The notes under the pieces were generated by a model that saw nothing but the letters and a program-made list of their open reading frames with translations, did no database searches and was not told the DNA's origin. Below, piece by piece: positions 27,346 through 39,943 of a stretch of 64,000 bases of DNA; positions within the stretch are counted from its first letter, which is position 1; each line of letters begins with the position of its first letter. A program made the translations under genes and the position numbers. This DNA comes from Octopus sinensis (Eukaryota): assembly GCF_006345805.1 (NCBI RefSeq), contig NC_042997.1, forward strand, positions 144,832,001 through 144,896,000, in the 5' to 3' direction.

Positions 27346-27722
27346 ACGAGTGTGATGAGTTCTTTATATCAAAATAGATAGAGATCAATAACATACTGGA
27401 TTCGATACCACCGACTAAAACCCTCCGAGGCAGAGCCCCAGCTTGGCCGTCGTCCAAAGAGTGGAATTAGTAAAAGAATAAAAGAATAAATGGGATGGAT
27501 TGCCACATACAATCTGTGACCTATAAATAGGCTTCGCCTTCATTATGGCATCTGTTCACCATTATCTCCCCTAACCATTGGCAAAGAGAATAGCGACAAA
27601 GAATAATTGAACCAATGATTCTATCGACAAAGTCAACCGTGAAGTCGGAAATTGAAGAATTTAGGACTGAACGGAACTATCAAGGAGAGAAATTAGCGGC
27701 AAAATACACGAGCACACGTGCA

Positions 27723-27757
<35 letters not shown>

Positions 27758-27788
27758 ACAGGTACAAACATAAGCATGCACACATATA

Positions 27789-27959
27789 GGCGTAGGAGTG
27801 GCTGTGTGGTAAGTAACTTGCTTACGAACCATATGGTTCTGGGTTCAGTCCCACTGTGTGTCACCTTGGGCAAGTGTCTTCTACTATAGCCTCGGGCCGA
27901 CAAAAGCCTTGTGAGTGGATTTGGTAGACGGAAACTGAAAGAAGCCCGTCGTATATACG

Positions 27960-28002
<43 letters not shown>

Positions 28003-28233
28003 GTGTGTGTATATATGTTTATGTGTCTGTGTTTGTCCCCCCAACATCGCTTGACAACCGATGCTGATGTGTTTACGTCTCCGTCACTTAGCAGTTCGGC
28101 AAAAGAGACCGATAGAATAAGTACTAGGCTTACAAAGAATAAGTCCTGGGGTCGATTTGCTCGACTAAAGGCGGTGCTCCAGCATGGCCCCAGAGAAATG
28201 ACTGAAACAAATAAAAGAGTAAAAAGAGTAAGA
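27789..28233 (+). mobile_element. SINE group A, full length
   Basis: tRNA-like head GGCGTAGGAGTGGCTGTGTGGTAAG..GGGTTCAGTCCC, internal (TA)/(TG) microsatellite, and 3' tail ..ggcggtgctccagcatggcc..gactgaaacaa. Confidence 0.88.
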
Positions 28234-28323
28234 GTATATACATCACAATACACCATAGGGTGTCTGTAGAAATAGTAGCTAAATCTCCCTTAAATTACAC
28301 CCGATTATATTTTTTTTAAATAT

Positions 28324-28490
28324 GGGGCAGGCATGGTTGTGTGTTAAGAATATCGTTATGCAATTACGTGGCTTTGAGTTCAATTTCTGCGCACCGCATC
28401 TTAGGCAACTTTCTTCTATTCTAGCTTCGGGTTGACCAATCCCTTAAGAGTCAATCTGGTAGACGGAAAGTGTGTGGAAGCCCGTCGTAT
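28324..28490 (+). mobile_element. SINE group A 5' half, diverged
   Basis: Colinear with 27789-27955. Confidence 0.65.
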
Positions 28491-28589
28491 ATATATGTAT
28501 ATTGTTGCTTGTTCCTTCTCGAGTCGATCTTGGCTCATGAGGGCCGGTTTCTCGGTTTCATTGGCGTATAGGTTCCTTACCTGGGCGGC

Positions 28590-29155
28590 GAAATTTCTTT
28601 TCCCACGAGAGTTCCGGAACCCAGTCATGAACTCATTTGGATACAGCCAATCAAAGTTCAACTATGAAACTAGTGTCCACTTAGTCACGAAAATACTCTG
28701 GTTGACTTCAGTGGAAAATGTGCATTGTAGTAAAATCTAACTGCTCTAAATGGGTTTAATAGGTGTAACAAATGTGAAATTTAGTATATAAAGTGAATGG
28801 AGAGCTGTTCACCGATAAGTGTTGCCAATTTGCGTAATTTGCTGGAAAATGTAAATGAGTGTAGCTTCCTAATTTTTTGATTGATTTTATATATTCCTAA
28901 TTTAAAATGTTGGTGTTGATCTCGGAACATCGTAATCAATATGGCGTTGTGTCGTATTGCGCCCTCCTTGTATATATCAATAGGTATATGCAGTATCACT
29001 AATCTCAGTTTGAGCATAGGTACCTAATATTAGCTTCGTATAGAGCTGGTGCTCGATTGATCTATGAGGATTGTAGGGGAGAATGTGGTGGTGGTGGTGT
29101 GGTAGGAGAATGAGTTCATTACTGGGTTCCGGAATTTTCGTGGGAAAAAAATTTC
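28590..29155. mobile_element. Putative MITE with about 48-bp inverted ends
   Basis: 28590-28637 is the reverse complement of 29109-29155 with 3 substitutions and 1 indel; no TSD seen. Confidence 0.55.
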
Positions 29156-29197
29156 ACTGACGAGATGCCGGTCTGTCTCAGGTGATATATATATATA

Positions 29198-29375
29198 TAG
29201 TAGGTACTGTAAATTTAGAGTGAATACTTCATAAGTGTAAGCACCTGTATATGCCAAATAGCGGCAGAGGTGAGAGAATATATCAAATATAAATTAAATT
29301 GATATATTCTCTCACCTCTGCCACTATCTAGCATATACAGGTACTTACGCTTATCCACACTAAATTTACAGTACC

Positions 29376-29380
<5 letters not shown>
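29198..29380. mobile_element. Fold-back (palindromic) MITE inside (TA)n
   Basis: Ends TAGTAGGTACTGTAAATTTAG and TAAATTTACAGTACCTACTA; the inner arms gcagaggtgagagaatatatcaa and ttgatatattctctcacctctgc also pair. Confidence 0.8.
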
Positions 29381-29449
<69 letters not shown>

Positions 29450-29665
29450 ATATGTTTGTGCGTCTGTGTTTGTCTGCCCCACCATCGCATGACAACCGAT
29501 GTTGGTGTGTTTACGTCCCCATAACTTAGCAGTTCGGCAAAAAGGACAGATAGAATAAGTACTAAGCTTACAAAGAACAAGTCCTGGTGTCGATTTATTC
29601 GACTAAACGCAGTGCTCCAGCATGGCCTCATTGAAAATGACTGAAAGAAGCAAAAGAATGAAAGA
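29450..29665 (+). mobile_element. SINE group A 3' half
   Basis: Colinear with 28025-28233. Confidence 0.8.
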
Positions 29666-29917
29666 ATAAAAGAAAAACGAATACTGCATAATGAAAGTAG
29701 AATTAGATACACAATAATGAAAAAAGCGAGAGGGACATGCCATGAATGGAACGCCAAAATAACAATCGACCAGGTGTTAAAGAAGACAATGGCAAACCCT
29801 GTCACATACACACACACACACGCACGCGCACATATACATGCACACACACACGCACGCACGCTCGCACTCGCACGCACAAACACACACAAGCGAAAAGTCT
29901 GTGAAACACTTTTTCGT

Positions 29918-30053
29918 GGGTATGGGAATGACTATGCGGTTAAAAAGTTCGCTTCGCAAGCACATGGTCTCAGGTTCGACTCCACTGCATGGCATCTTGG
30001 CTGACCGATAACTTGTAGCTGAAATTAGCTAACGGAATGTGTGTGGAAGCCCG

Positions 30054-30055
<2 letters not shown>
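29918..30055 (+). mobile_element. SINE group A-like head, diverged
   Basis: GGTTCGACTCCACTGCATGGCATCTTGG resembles the group A head. Confidence 0.55.
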
Positions 30056-30116
<61 letters not shown>

Positions 30117-30130
30117 CCTCCCTCTCTCTT

Positions 30131-30164
<34 letters not shown>

Positions 30165-30339
30165 TTCTCTCTCTCCCTCCCTCTCTCTTTCTCTCTCTCT
30201 CCCCACCCCTTCTCTTTTTCTCATACACATATCAACATATCTCTGTAATAACCAGACTATCGAATATTGTTGTACAACGCTGGTCACAGTGCGCTTCCTC
30301 GCATTGTGGTATCTTTCGAGTGATTCCACCTCATTGGCT

Positions 30340-30522
30340 AAGCAGGCAGACAGGTAGGCTGGTAAGCCTGCGGTCTATGATAGGGTTTCCTATTCACAGG
30401 TGAGTGGACTGGAGCAACATGAGGTGAAGTGTCTTGCTCAAGAACACATACCCCGCCACCACCGATCGAAATCACGATTTTGAGGTCTTGAGTAAAACAC
30501 ATTAACCACTAGGCCATGCATC
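30340..30522 (-). mobile_element. SINE group B, diverged
   Basis: gagtggactggagcaa..gtgtcttgctcaaga..aaccactaggccatgc is shared with 37690-37822. Confidence 0.7.
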
Positions 30523-30877
30523 TTCACACAAACACAAACACAGACACAAGCACACACGCACATACACACACACACACACGCATACACATACTCAAAGCAA
30601 TGGCACGCATATTTATTTTTAATACGTTCCTGCAGAAAAGACCACTGATATGCTGATGAGATAAAATATGTCGAATCAGCGGTGTTCCAGAATGCTTTGC
30701 ACCAATGACTCGAGTGTGTTATGAACATATAGTCGTGGTAAAAGAAGCTGTTACTCTGTGACGTACACAACAGCGAATAACGTATCTATGTTCAAATCTA
30801 CAGGAACGTATGAAGAATAAATATGCAAGCCATCGTAACTAATCTCGCTGTTCACGGTGCAAATAAAGATTTGCATA

Positions 30878-31092
30878 AGAGGGGTGCTGAAAAGTTCCTG
30901 GCTTTGCGTAAAAGAAAATACAAGAAGATCAGTTAATTAGGATTTTATTCAACATACTCCCTTCTCAGATTCGCACACTTATTGCACCGGTCCTTCGGTC
31001 TTTCTAAGCCTTGTAGAAGAATTCAGAAGGTTGGGCCTCCAGCCAGGCCTTTCACGATACTCTTAAAGCCAGGAACTTTTCAGCACCGCTCT
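30878..31092. mobile_element. 215-bp mariner-type MITE
   Basis: TIRs AGAGGGGTGCTGAAAAGTTCCTGGCTTT and AAAGCCAGGAACTTTTCAGCACCGCTCT; TA TSD (30876-30877, 31093-31094). Confidence 0.9.
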
Positions 31093-31097
31093 TATAT

Positions 31098-31302
31098 TAT
31101 TTATTTCTTTACTACCCACAAGGGGCTAAACACAGAGGGAACAAACAAGGACAGACAAACGGATTAAGTCGATTATATCGACCCCGAAAGGATGAAAGGC
31201 AAAGTCGACCTCGGCGGAATTTGAACTCAGGACGTAGCGGCAGGCGAAATACCGCTAAGCATTTCGCCCGGCGTACTAACGTTTCTGCCAGCTCGCCGCC
31301 TT
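31098..31302 (-). mobile_element. SINE group C
   Basis: Near-identical to the reverse complement of 26042-26250. Confidence 0.88.
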
Positions 31303-31494
31303 ACCGCTCTTATATTATATTATACGTTGATACTAGGTGGACTGAGATTCCCATTGACAGGCCGCTGATATCAAATAAATGTCAAACACTTATGGTATGC
31401 AAATTAGTAGCTCTACTTCTCTGGACATAGGACTTGTTGTGTACATAAATAGATTGGCTACGTCTTTCTTTGTGATTGGTTAAGTGAAATAGAC

Positions 31495-31540
31495 AACCTC
31501 TGATGAGATCCCAATAAGATTCGAAAATCAATGAACAGAG
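31495..31540 (+). ncRNA. Decayed hammerhead-like motif
   Basis: CTGATGA GATC CCAATAA GATTC GAAA keeps both core boxes and a bulged stem II, but stems I and III and the NUH triplet are broken. Confidence 0.35.
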
Positions 31541-32080
31541 TACTTAAATGTGTCCTATATGTATGTCTACTACGAAGGTTTTCTCACACACGCACGCACA
31601 CGTACACATCCACACCCATACACACACACCTTCTCCTGGACGTACGACCGAGTTCCGTTCCGACTGACAGGCCGTAAGTCGATCTGATCGTATGTCGGAT
31701 TTATATTTATTAATGCTATTTTCACTCATACGGGTTATAAAAATATAAAACGCAAAAATTTAACCCATAATTATTGTACATTATGTGAAAAATACATATG
31801 TACTTTATTGTACTGTAAACAAAAGTACAATCGTTTTAGATTAATGTAAACATTATTACAAAGAAAATTCCGCATACATACAATTAAAAAATTGCTCCTC
31901 TGAAAAATGTGCGACTGAAAATAAACTTTTAACCTTCACAATGATGTTCTTGGGTTAAGGTAGATGGTTTTTCGTGGAACATGGCGAGCTTTGTTGGAAT
32001 AGCTTGTTCCCCCCCTTTTTTTTTCATCATATATCTTACGATAACAACGCACAGCATCTTGAATGATACGTTTATTCATT

Positions 32081-32138
32081 ATGGTCGTAAGAACGGATGA
32101 TCGTAAGTATGGATGGTCGTAAGTACGGATGGTCGTAA
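32081..32138. repeat. 16-bp minisatellite, 3.6 copies
   Basis: Unit ATGGTCGTAAGTACGG starts at 32081, 32097, 32113 and 32129 (partial). Confidence 0.9.
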
Positions 32139-32487
32139 TCGCATAGATCGTATGTCGATGTGGTGTATATGTTGTATATGTGTATATGTCTGTTTGCGTC
32201 TGTCGCTGGGTGAACAGCATTTTGAACAAAAAAAAAGAAAAAGAGAAAAAGTGCTCCCTGTGTTTATGTCCCGTGACCTATCGGTTCGACATCAAATGAT
32301 CGCTAACATAAGCAGCAGACATACAAATAAACGCAGGTGTCGATGCGATCGCCTGCAACTCTTTGAGGCGGTACTCCATCCAGTATGACCGTACTCCAGC
32401 GACTAGAAGAAATCAGTGTCTATGTTCACGGTTTAACCGTGGTCCCAGTGGATACCTTTGATCCAAAATTAAACTGAAAAGAACACC

Positions 32488-32488
32488 A

Positions 32489-32526
<38 letters not shown>

Positions 32527-32998
32527 TACTACTACTACTATCACCTCCACCTCCACCGCCATCACCGCCGTCCCTGTGAAATAACAGCAGCTGCTGAAGC
32601 CATCTTATTTGCTAATTTGTTGCCACATCGAAACATTATATATACTCCCTCCCCACCCCTGTCACAGAGGGCGAGTAGCTTAAATCTATTTAATGACCAC
32701 CACCACAGCAACAACCACAACCACCACCGCCGCTACTGCCGCCACCGCCGCCATCACAGCCACCCCCATCATGTCTTTAATCTTAAGCATTCCTAAGCAC
32801 ACTTTACTTTCGCTTTACTAAGTCCTTATGATGAGGTTTTATTACACTGGTGGTAAATAGAATCTATAAACGTCACAACCATTTCCACCACCACTACTAC
32901 TACTATCACCACCACCACCACCACTACTACCACCATTACTATTACCACGTCGTCGCCATGCTCTCTCTGATCTAACTGCCGTTATATTATGAACACCA

Positions 32999-33039
<41 letters not shown>

Positions 33040-33040
33040 A

Positions 33041-33075
<35 letters not shown>

Positions 33076-33100
33076 ACTCACCGCCACCATCACCGTCACC
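32488..33100. repeat. Compound (CTA)n/(CAC)n/(CCG)n/(CTG)n trinucleotide clusters
   Basis: Direct reading. Confidence 0.9.
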
Positions 33101-33237
33101 GCCACTTCTCAATCTCAGCAGTTGCACCAAAGATGACGGTAAAGTTATGATGATTAATTGTCACCAGAGCGTCACTTCCGCTTTTCCTATGGCTTCACTG
33201 TCAAAACGAAATGCTGAAATTATTGCACCAGGCTCCC

Positions 33238-33304
<67 letters not shown>

Positions 33305-33564
33305 ATATATCTATCTATCTATCTATCTATCTATCCATCTATCCGTTTGTCTGTCTGTCTGTCTATTTATCTATCTATCTATCTAGGTAACTATTTGTCT
33401 GCCTGTCTTTCTGTCTGTCTGTATGTATGTGTGTACGGATGAATTGATTTCTAACTTTATTGTGTCTCGTCTCGTATACCTCTCCCTCTTTCCCTTCTTT
33501 TCTTCCTCCCTCTGACCCTCTCTCTCTTTCAGTATTAATGTATTTACCTTCGTAGCTTCTATCT

Positions 33565-33636
<72 letters not shown>

Positions 33637-33845
33637 AGTGTGTATATGTACATATGTGTGTGCATGTGTATATGTGTATGTGTGTGTATGTGTGTTTCTC
33701 TCTGTGTGTGTGTACGCTTTCATTACTATCTGTTTATCTATCTATATATATATTATATATATCTAATTCCTGTCTGTGTGTCTACTTGTATGCCTGTCTG
33801 CACGTCTATCAATTTGTCTCTTTTTGTCTATGTATATATGTATCT

Positions 33846-33882
<37 letters not shown>

Positions 33883-34440
33883 CACACACATACACAACAC
33901 GCACACGCACACGCACGCACGTACCCACACACCTACACTTCACACTCATACATCAAATTGAAGCTAATTTTCCTAATGTAATGTTTCATTATTGAAAGCC
34001 AACCCTAACAAGTAAGTAATTGAATTAACCAATCTACCAATGCCGAAATATTATTTCGCTAAAAGAGAGACCATCATTTACGCAGTAACAGAAACTGCTA
34101 GAAATAGCCGCCAATCAAATTCCACCTAAATAATTTAAAGGAAACAACAACCCAAAACAAAAGATGCAACCAAGATAATTTAGTTTTAGTAGATTTTTTT
34201 TCTTACCTTAAACTGTTGGATTGGTAGTTAGGGCGTCGGACAAAAATCCTGACGGTGTTTTTTTTTTTTAACTTTTTACGATCTGAGTTCAAATTCCAAC
34301 CAGGTGAGCTTTGGCTCTCGTGGTTTGGGAGTAGATGTAATAAAGTGCCAGTCAAATATTGGGAAAAGTTTACTCGGTTAAATTCCTCAGTTCAAAATAA
34401 CTGACTTTGTACTTTTGTTAGGAACAATTATGCATTAAAA

Positions 34441-34844
34441 CAGTAGTTCTCAACCATTTTCTTAAAAACCTATATGATGCCTTAGACTGCGATTTTATTC
34501 TGGTGGCCCCCATAGCTATACAAAGCTAGTTTTATAGACACTTCTTTCAAAATTCCCATTTTATTTTTCTCACGTTTATTTGTATAGGTTTGCAAAAGGC
34601 CTCAGTGAGAGAGCGTGTTTCAGTTGCTGGAAATATGTTAAACTATTTCTTTTACTTGTTTCAGTCATTTGACTGTGGCCATGCCGGAACAGCACCTTTA
34701 GTCGAACAAATCGACCCCAGGACTTATACTTTATAAGCTAATTCTACTTATTCTATCGGTCACTTTTTGCCTAACTGCTAATGAAACGTAAACACACCAA
34801 CATCGGTTGCCAAGTGATGGTGTTGGAGGGGACAAACACAGACA

Positions 34845-34903
<59 letters not shown>

Positions 34904-35252
34904 TTGACAAGCTTCTTTCAGTTTCCGTCTACCAAATTCAATCACAAGGCTTTGGTCGGCCCGAGGCTATAGTAGAAGACCAAGGTGCCACGCAGGGGGC
35001 TGAACTCGGAACCATGTGGCTGGCAAGCAAGCTACTTACCATACAGCCACTCCTGCGCCGATATGCAAAACATTAGAAAAAGAAACCTAGCTGTTTCTTG
35101 CAATAAATACATCTAACGCAAATTTTTTTATGGACCCTTAAAATACTTCTGTGAATCCCCAATTTACTATTTTGCTTAAATGGGCCCTTAAAATTCTTAT
35201 ATGACACCCCCACCTATCTAAGGTTCATATGGACCCCAATTCAAAACCACTG
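34441..35252. mobile_element. hAT-like MITE interrupted by a SINE
   Basis: Ends CAGTAGTTCTCAACC and ..TCAAAACCACTG; 8-bp TSD CATTAAAA (34433-34440) versus CATTAAAC (35253-35260). Confidence 0.75.
34648..35059 (-). mobile_element. SINE group A, full length, inside the hAT MITE
   Basis: Reverse complement of the 27789 and 43179 copies. Confidence 0.87.
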
Positions 35253-35529
35253 CATTAAACAGACTAATGATGGCTTGAACATGTGTCGTCATAAGTTTGT
35301 GCAAGCAGGAATGACCTGGAGCTAAACGGCGATAATATCACAATTTACAAGCCAAAAGGAGAACCTGTGTGTCAGTCATAACGAAGATTTGTCTCGAATT
35401 GTTTTGGTAGTACGACCTGTATGATGATGAGCTATGTCTCGTGCGGGCCGCTTCTCGAAAAAAGATGTCTAAGCCTGCTCTATGTTGTCGATCAGCCTAC
35501 TAGATATAGCAGCCAAAGCTCCCTCAAAT

Positions 35530-35951
35530 TAGATTCTTATTTCTTTATTGCCCACAAGGGGCTAAACATAGAAGGAGCAAGCAAAGACAGACAAATGGAC
35601 TAAGTCGATTACATCGACCCCAGTGCGAGCTGGTACTTATTTAATCCACCCCAAAGGATGAAAGCTAAGTCAACTTCGGCGGAATTTGAACTTAGAACGT
35701 AGCGGCAGACGAAATACCTATTTCTTTACTACCCACAAGGGGCTAAACCCAGAGGGGACAAACAAGGACAGACGAACGGATTAAGTCGATTACATCGACC
35801 CCAGTGCGTAACTGGTGCTTAATCTATCGACCCCGAAAGGACGAAAGGCAAAGTCGACCTCAGCGGAATTTGAACTCAGAACGCAGCGGCAAACGAAATA
35901 CCGCCAAGCATTTCGCCCGGCGTGCTAACGTTTCTGCCAGCTCGCCGCCTT
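35530..35951 (-). mobile_element. SINE group C with two tandem modules (period about 181 bp)
   Basis: atttcttta..cccacaagggg at 35539 and 35720; head at 35951. Confidence 0.88.
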
Positions 35952-36066
35952 ACCCTCAAATTAGAGTTCTATTGCCGTGGACAATAGGAAAGACGTCCAA
36001 TTAGCATAATGTACTTTTGAATACATTATACTATACCGAAAATGAATGAATGACTAAATAAATATA

Positions 36067-36105
<39 letters not shown>

Positions 36106-36547
36106 ACAAACAAACAAACAAGCAAGCAAACAAACAAATAAATAAATGGATAAATAAATTTAAAAAAACCAAAGCTAAAGGATGCTCACGGCTGAGAAAC
36201 TTGTTGGTCAGAGATCAGGTCGAAAAGAATTGACCTAGGGCTAAACAACATCTGTTTACGATGTTCTGTCTGAGATGATAGTTACAGACGATGTCGGACT
36301 GGACTCAGATGCTGTAATGAGTTTGACTGACGTGTGCTAGCAGATCTAACTAAATAACCATCTCCCATAGGAGATATATATATCACAGAGAAAATATTAT
36401 TTTCCTGAAGAAGGTGCGGCTAATAGAAAATTATTATGGAAACTGGGGATTAAATAAACGTTTATATTTGGTGTATGTGAATGTGTATATTTATGTGTGT
36501 TCATGCGTGTGGCATGCACCTACCTACCTACATACCTACCTACCTAC

Positions 36548-36613
<66 letters not shown>

Positions 36614-36984
36614 GCCTGTCTGTCTGTCTGTCTGTCTGTCTATCTGTCTGACTGTCTGTTTGTCTATCTACCAGTCTGTCTGTCTAATATTCTTTTTATT
36701 TTATTTTTTTATATATCTTACTTGTTTCAGTCATTTGGCTACGGCCATGCTGGAGCACCACTTTGAAGGGTTTTTAATCGAACAAATCGACCTTAGGACT
36801 TAATGTTTTAAAGCTTAGTACTTATTCTACCGTTTTTTTTTGCCGAACTTCTAAGTTACGAGGACATAAACACACCAACACTGGTGATGGGGGACAAACA
36901 CAGACACAAAGATAGACACACAGAGACATACATACATACATATATATATATATATATTATATATATATTATATATTATATATAT

Positions 36985-37024
<40 letters not shown>

Positions 37025-37044
37025 ATATATATATATATCTATAT

Positions 37045-37088
<44 letters not shown>

Positions 37089-37103
37089 GTATGTATATTT
37101 ATA

Positions 37104-38335
37104 CAGGGTGGGTAGAAAGTAATTTGGCATTAGAAATGCTTATTGAATTTTTAGCATCACTGAAGTCATAAAGATAACATTTTTTAAACCGACAATACTA
37201 ATGGGGATTTCTTATTTTCTTATTGCCTTATTATCTTATTTCTTATTTTCCAGATGGCCGGTCGTTTCACTATTCAGGAGCGAGCTAAGATAGCTAAGAC
37301 GCTGTGAAGTGTGGAATTCCGTTGTTTTGGTTCAGAGACTGTAGCTTGTATGGAAAGGTAAGCATGCAACACTACGTCCGGAGATAATAAACAGCTGTCA
37401 TGCAAAGCTGATGATTACGGGCTCTGTGAACAATGCAAGAAGTAACCGTCCAACCACACCCCGATCAGCAGAGAACGTGGCAAAAGTGCAGATGTTTGAC
37501 TACAGCCCGTCGGTTGCAACGACGAGGGTCTCAGCTGATACGATCAACGGAACAGCTTGCTCGTGAAATTAGCATGCAAGTGGCTGAGCACTCCACAAAC
37601 AGGTGTACCCTTAACGTAGTTCTCGGGGAGATTCAGCGTGACACAGAGTGTGACAAGGCTGGCCCTCTGAACTACAGATACAACTCATTTTTGCCAGCTG
37701 AGTGGACTGGAGCAATGTGAAATAAAATGTCTTGCTCAAGGACACAACGCACAGCCGGGAATTGAACTCACGACCTTACAATCATGAGTCGAATGCCCCT
37801 AACCACTAAGCCACGCGACTTCACGCGACTTTTTGCAGCCCGCTAAAACCAACACATCAAACAGCTTGTGAAAGAGGACTAACAAGACATAATACGTACG
37901 GTGTTGCATAGAGAATTGAATTTTCGTCCGTGGAAACCACATTACATGCAGGAGCTAAAACCTGAAGACTGTGACCACAGAATGGAATATGGGGAGTTAA
38001 TGCTAGGTTGGTATGAAGATTGGTCTGTATTGTTTGAAAACATCCTCTGGAGTGACGAGACTGGGATGTTATAATACCGATCGCACACTGGAGGATTTGG
38101 AGACACAAATTCAGGAGATTCTCAATGATATCCCATACGACGTCCTTCAAAAGGTTCTTCATTCCATCCCTGGCTGTTTGAGGAAATTGATTAATGCCAC
38201 CACATTGAAATATGAAGATTTACTTTCATTTTCCCATGTAATAAAGAACATGTGTCGTTTGTTTCGATAAATTTGTAAAAGAAATATGGATTTTATTACC
38301 AATTTTTAATGCCTACTTACTTTTCACTTACCCTC
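37104..38335 (+). mobile_element. Internally deleted Tc1/mariner (maT/DD37D-like) transposon relic
   Basis: Degenerate TIRs CAGGGTGGGTAGAAAGTAA and TTACTTTTCACTTACCCTC with TA flanks. Transposase pieces: MAGRFTIQERAKIA, CHAKLMITGSV, LNFRPWKPHYMQELKPEDC, NILWSDE and RTLEDLETQIQEILNDIP. Confidence 0.8.
37490..37822 (-). mobile_element. SINE group B inserted in the transposon
   Basis: Shares its 3' part with 40975-41160 and its head with 22622. Confidence 0.85.
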
Positions 38336-39144
38336 TATATATGTGTGTGTATGTGTGTATATATATATATGTGTGTGTGTATGTATGTATATATATATAT
38401 ATATACACATACATATACGATGGGCTTATTTCAGTTTCCGTCTATCAAATCCATTCACAAGGCTTTGGTTGGCCGGAAGTTATAATAGAAGACCAAGGTA
38501 CCACGCAGTGGGACTGAACATGGAACCATGAAGTTGGGAAGCAAGCTTTTCACCACACAACCTCTGCTCACCTTTACTTAGATTTTAGTAGTGTATTTTC
38601 TTGTGTTTTATCCTCATGTTAATTCTCATTGAATGGATGTAGGACTGCTGCCGATGTATGTATGTCCGTTCCGTATTTTCAGGGCGTAGTTCAATTAGAC
38701 TACGTCATCACATGTGTTTCTGTTTAAGATCTAATCCCTTGTGGTGTGTAATTTGAGAGTTATTTGGTTGCTATTTCTAGTTGGTCGAGTAACCATATCG
38801 TTAATCAGTCATTGACCTTTAACTCTGTAAAGTCGGAAAGTTGAATACGTGTGTGTGGGTGGGTGTGTGCGTGTGTGAGAGAGAGAGGGGGTATGATTGT
38901 GGTGTGAAAGCGAGTGTATTTTAGCAACGGTGTCACTAAGTTCTATACTGATCAAACACGTTGTATGGTTTTTCTACTGCTGCTGTTTCAGCTGAGGTGT
39001 AAGATTTCTGGAGAAGACATCAGGTTTTTTTTTTGATAACGAGGGAAAGCGCTAAGCGTTTTCTAGTAAGTTTTATCTTTGTCATCAAATAGTCTATGAA
39101 AACACACACACACACACACGCACACACTCAAAAGCACACACTTC

Positions 39145-39182
39145 TGTGTGTGTGTGTGCGCGCGCGCGCGCGCGTGTGTGTG
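39145..39182. repeat. (TG)n(CG)8(TG)n alternating purine-pyrimidine tract
   Basis: (CG)8 at 39159-39174. Confidence 0.95.
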
Positions 39183-39359
39183 TTGTGTAGATATATTCTT
39201 GTTGTATAATGTAAATCATATATTGCTGTGTCTGTTCGATGTATAAACGGTTGAAAAAGTGCTTAGTTTAAAAACACGTTTGTTTAAGTGTGTGAGTGCG
39301 CGTGCGTGCGCGTGCGTACGCACGTGTACGTATATCCGCATGCATGCATACGTATGAAC

Positions 39360-39447
<88 letters not shown>

Positions 39448-39510
39448 ATGCATGTTTGTATGTATGTATGTGTATGTGTATGTGTAAAGTATATACTTTA
39501 TTATTCAAGC

Positions 39511-39676
39511 TGCAAAAACACCACAAAAATATCACAAAAATATCACAAAAAACTGCTACCCAGAGTTTCACGTTCCCGTTCATCGGAAAGTTGTGGTCCA
39601 GAATTCTGGATCACAACTGCCCGATAGAAACTCTGAGTAGCAGTTTTTTTTGTGATATTTTTTGTGACGATTTGCA
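39511..39676. mobile_element. Fold-back palindromic element (putative MITE)
   Basis: Arms cacaaaaatatcacaaaaaactgctacccagagtttc and gaaactctgagtagcagtttttttgtgatatttttgtg surround the centre CCAGAATTCTGG. Confidence 0.75.
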
Positions 39677-39778
39677 TCAATGAAGCATACCCCGGTATTC
39701 GAGTACTACTTTTTCCCTCTTTTTTCACATTCATGTGCTTACTCGGGTATACACACACACACATATGTATACATACAG

Positions 39779-39858
<80 letters not shown>

Positions 39859-39903
39859 GTCTGTCTGTGTCTGTCTGTCTGTCTGTCGGTCTGTCTATCA
39901 ACA

Positions 39904-39943
<40 letters not shown>

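Larger units (their letters stand above)
36712..38570 (-). mobile_element. SINE group A split by a DNA transposon
   Basis: The 3' half is at 36712-36930 and the 5' half at 38416-38570; the insertion sits in the SINE's internal (TA)n. Confidence 0.75.

Noticed and set aside
30653-30690. CTGATGA GATA..TGTC GAAT as a hammerhead
   Set aside because: GAAA is incomplete, there is no stem I or III, and a simple hairpin explains it.
36400-36460. CTGAAGA..GAAAC spacing as a hammerhead
   Set aside because: The stem II closing pair and the NUH triplet are absent.
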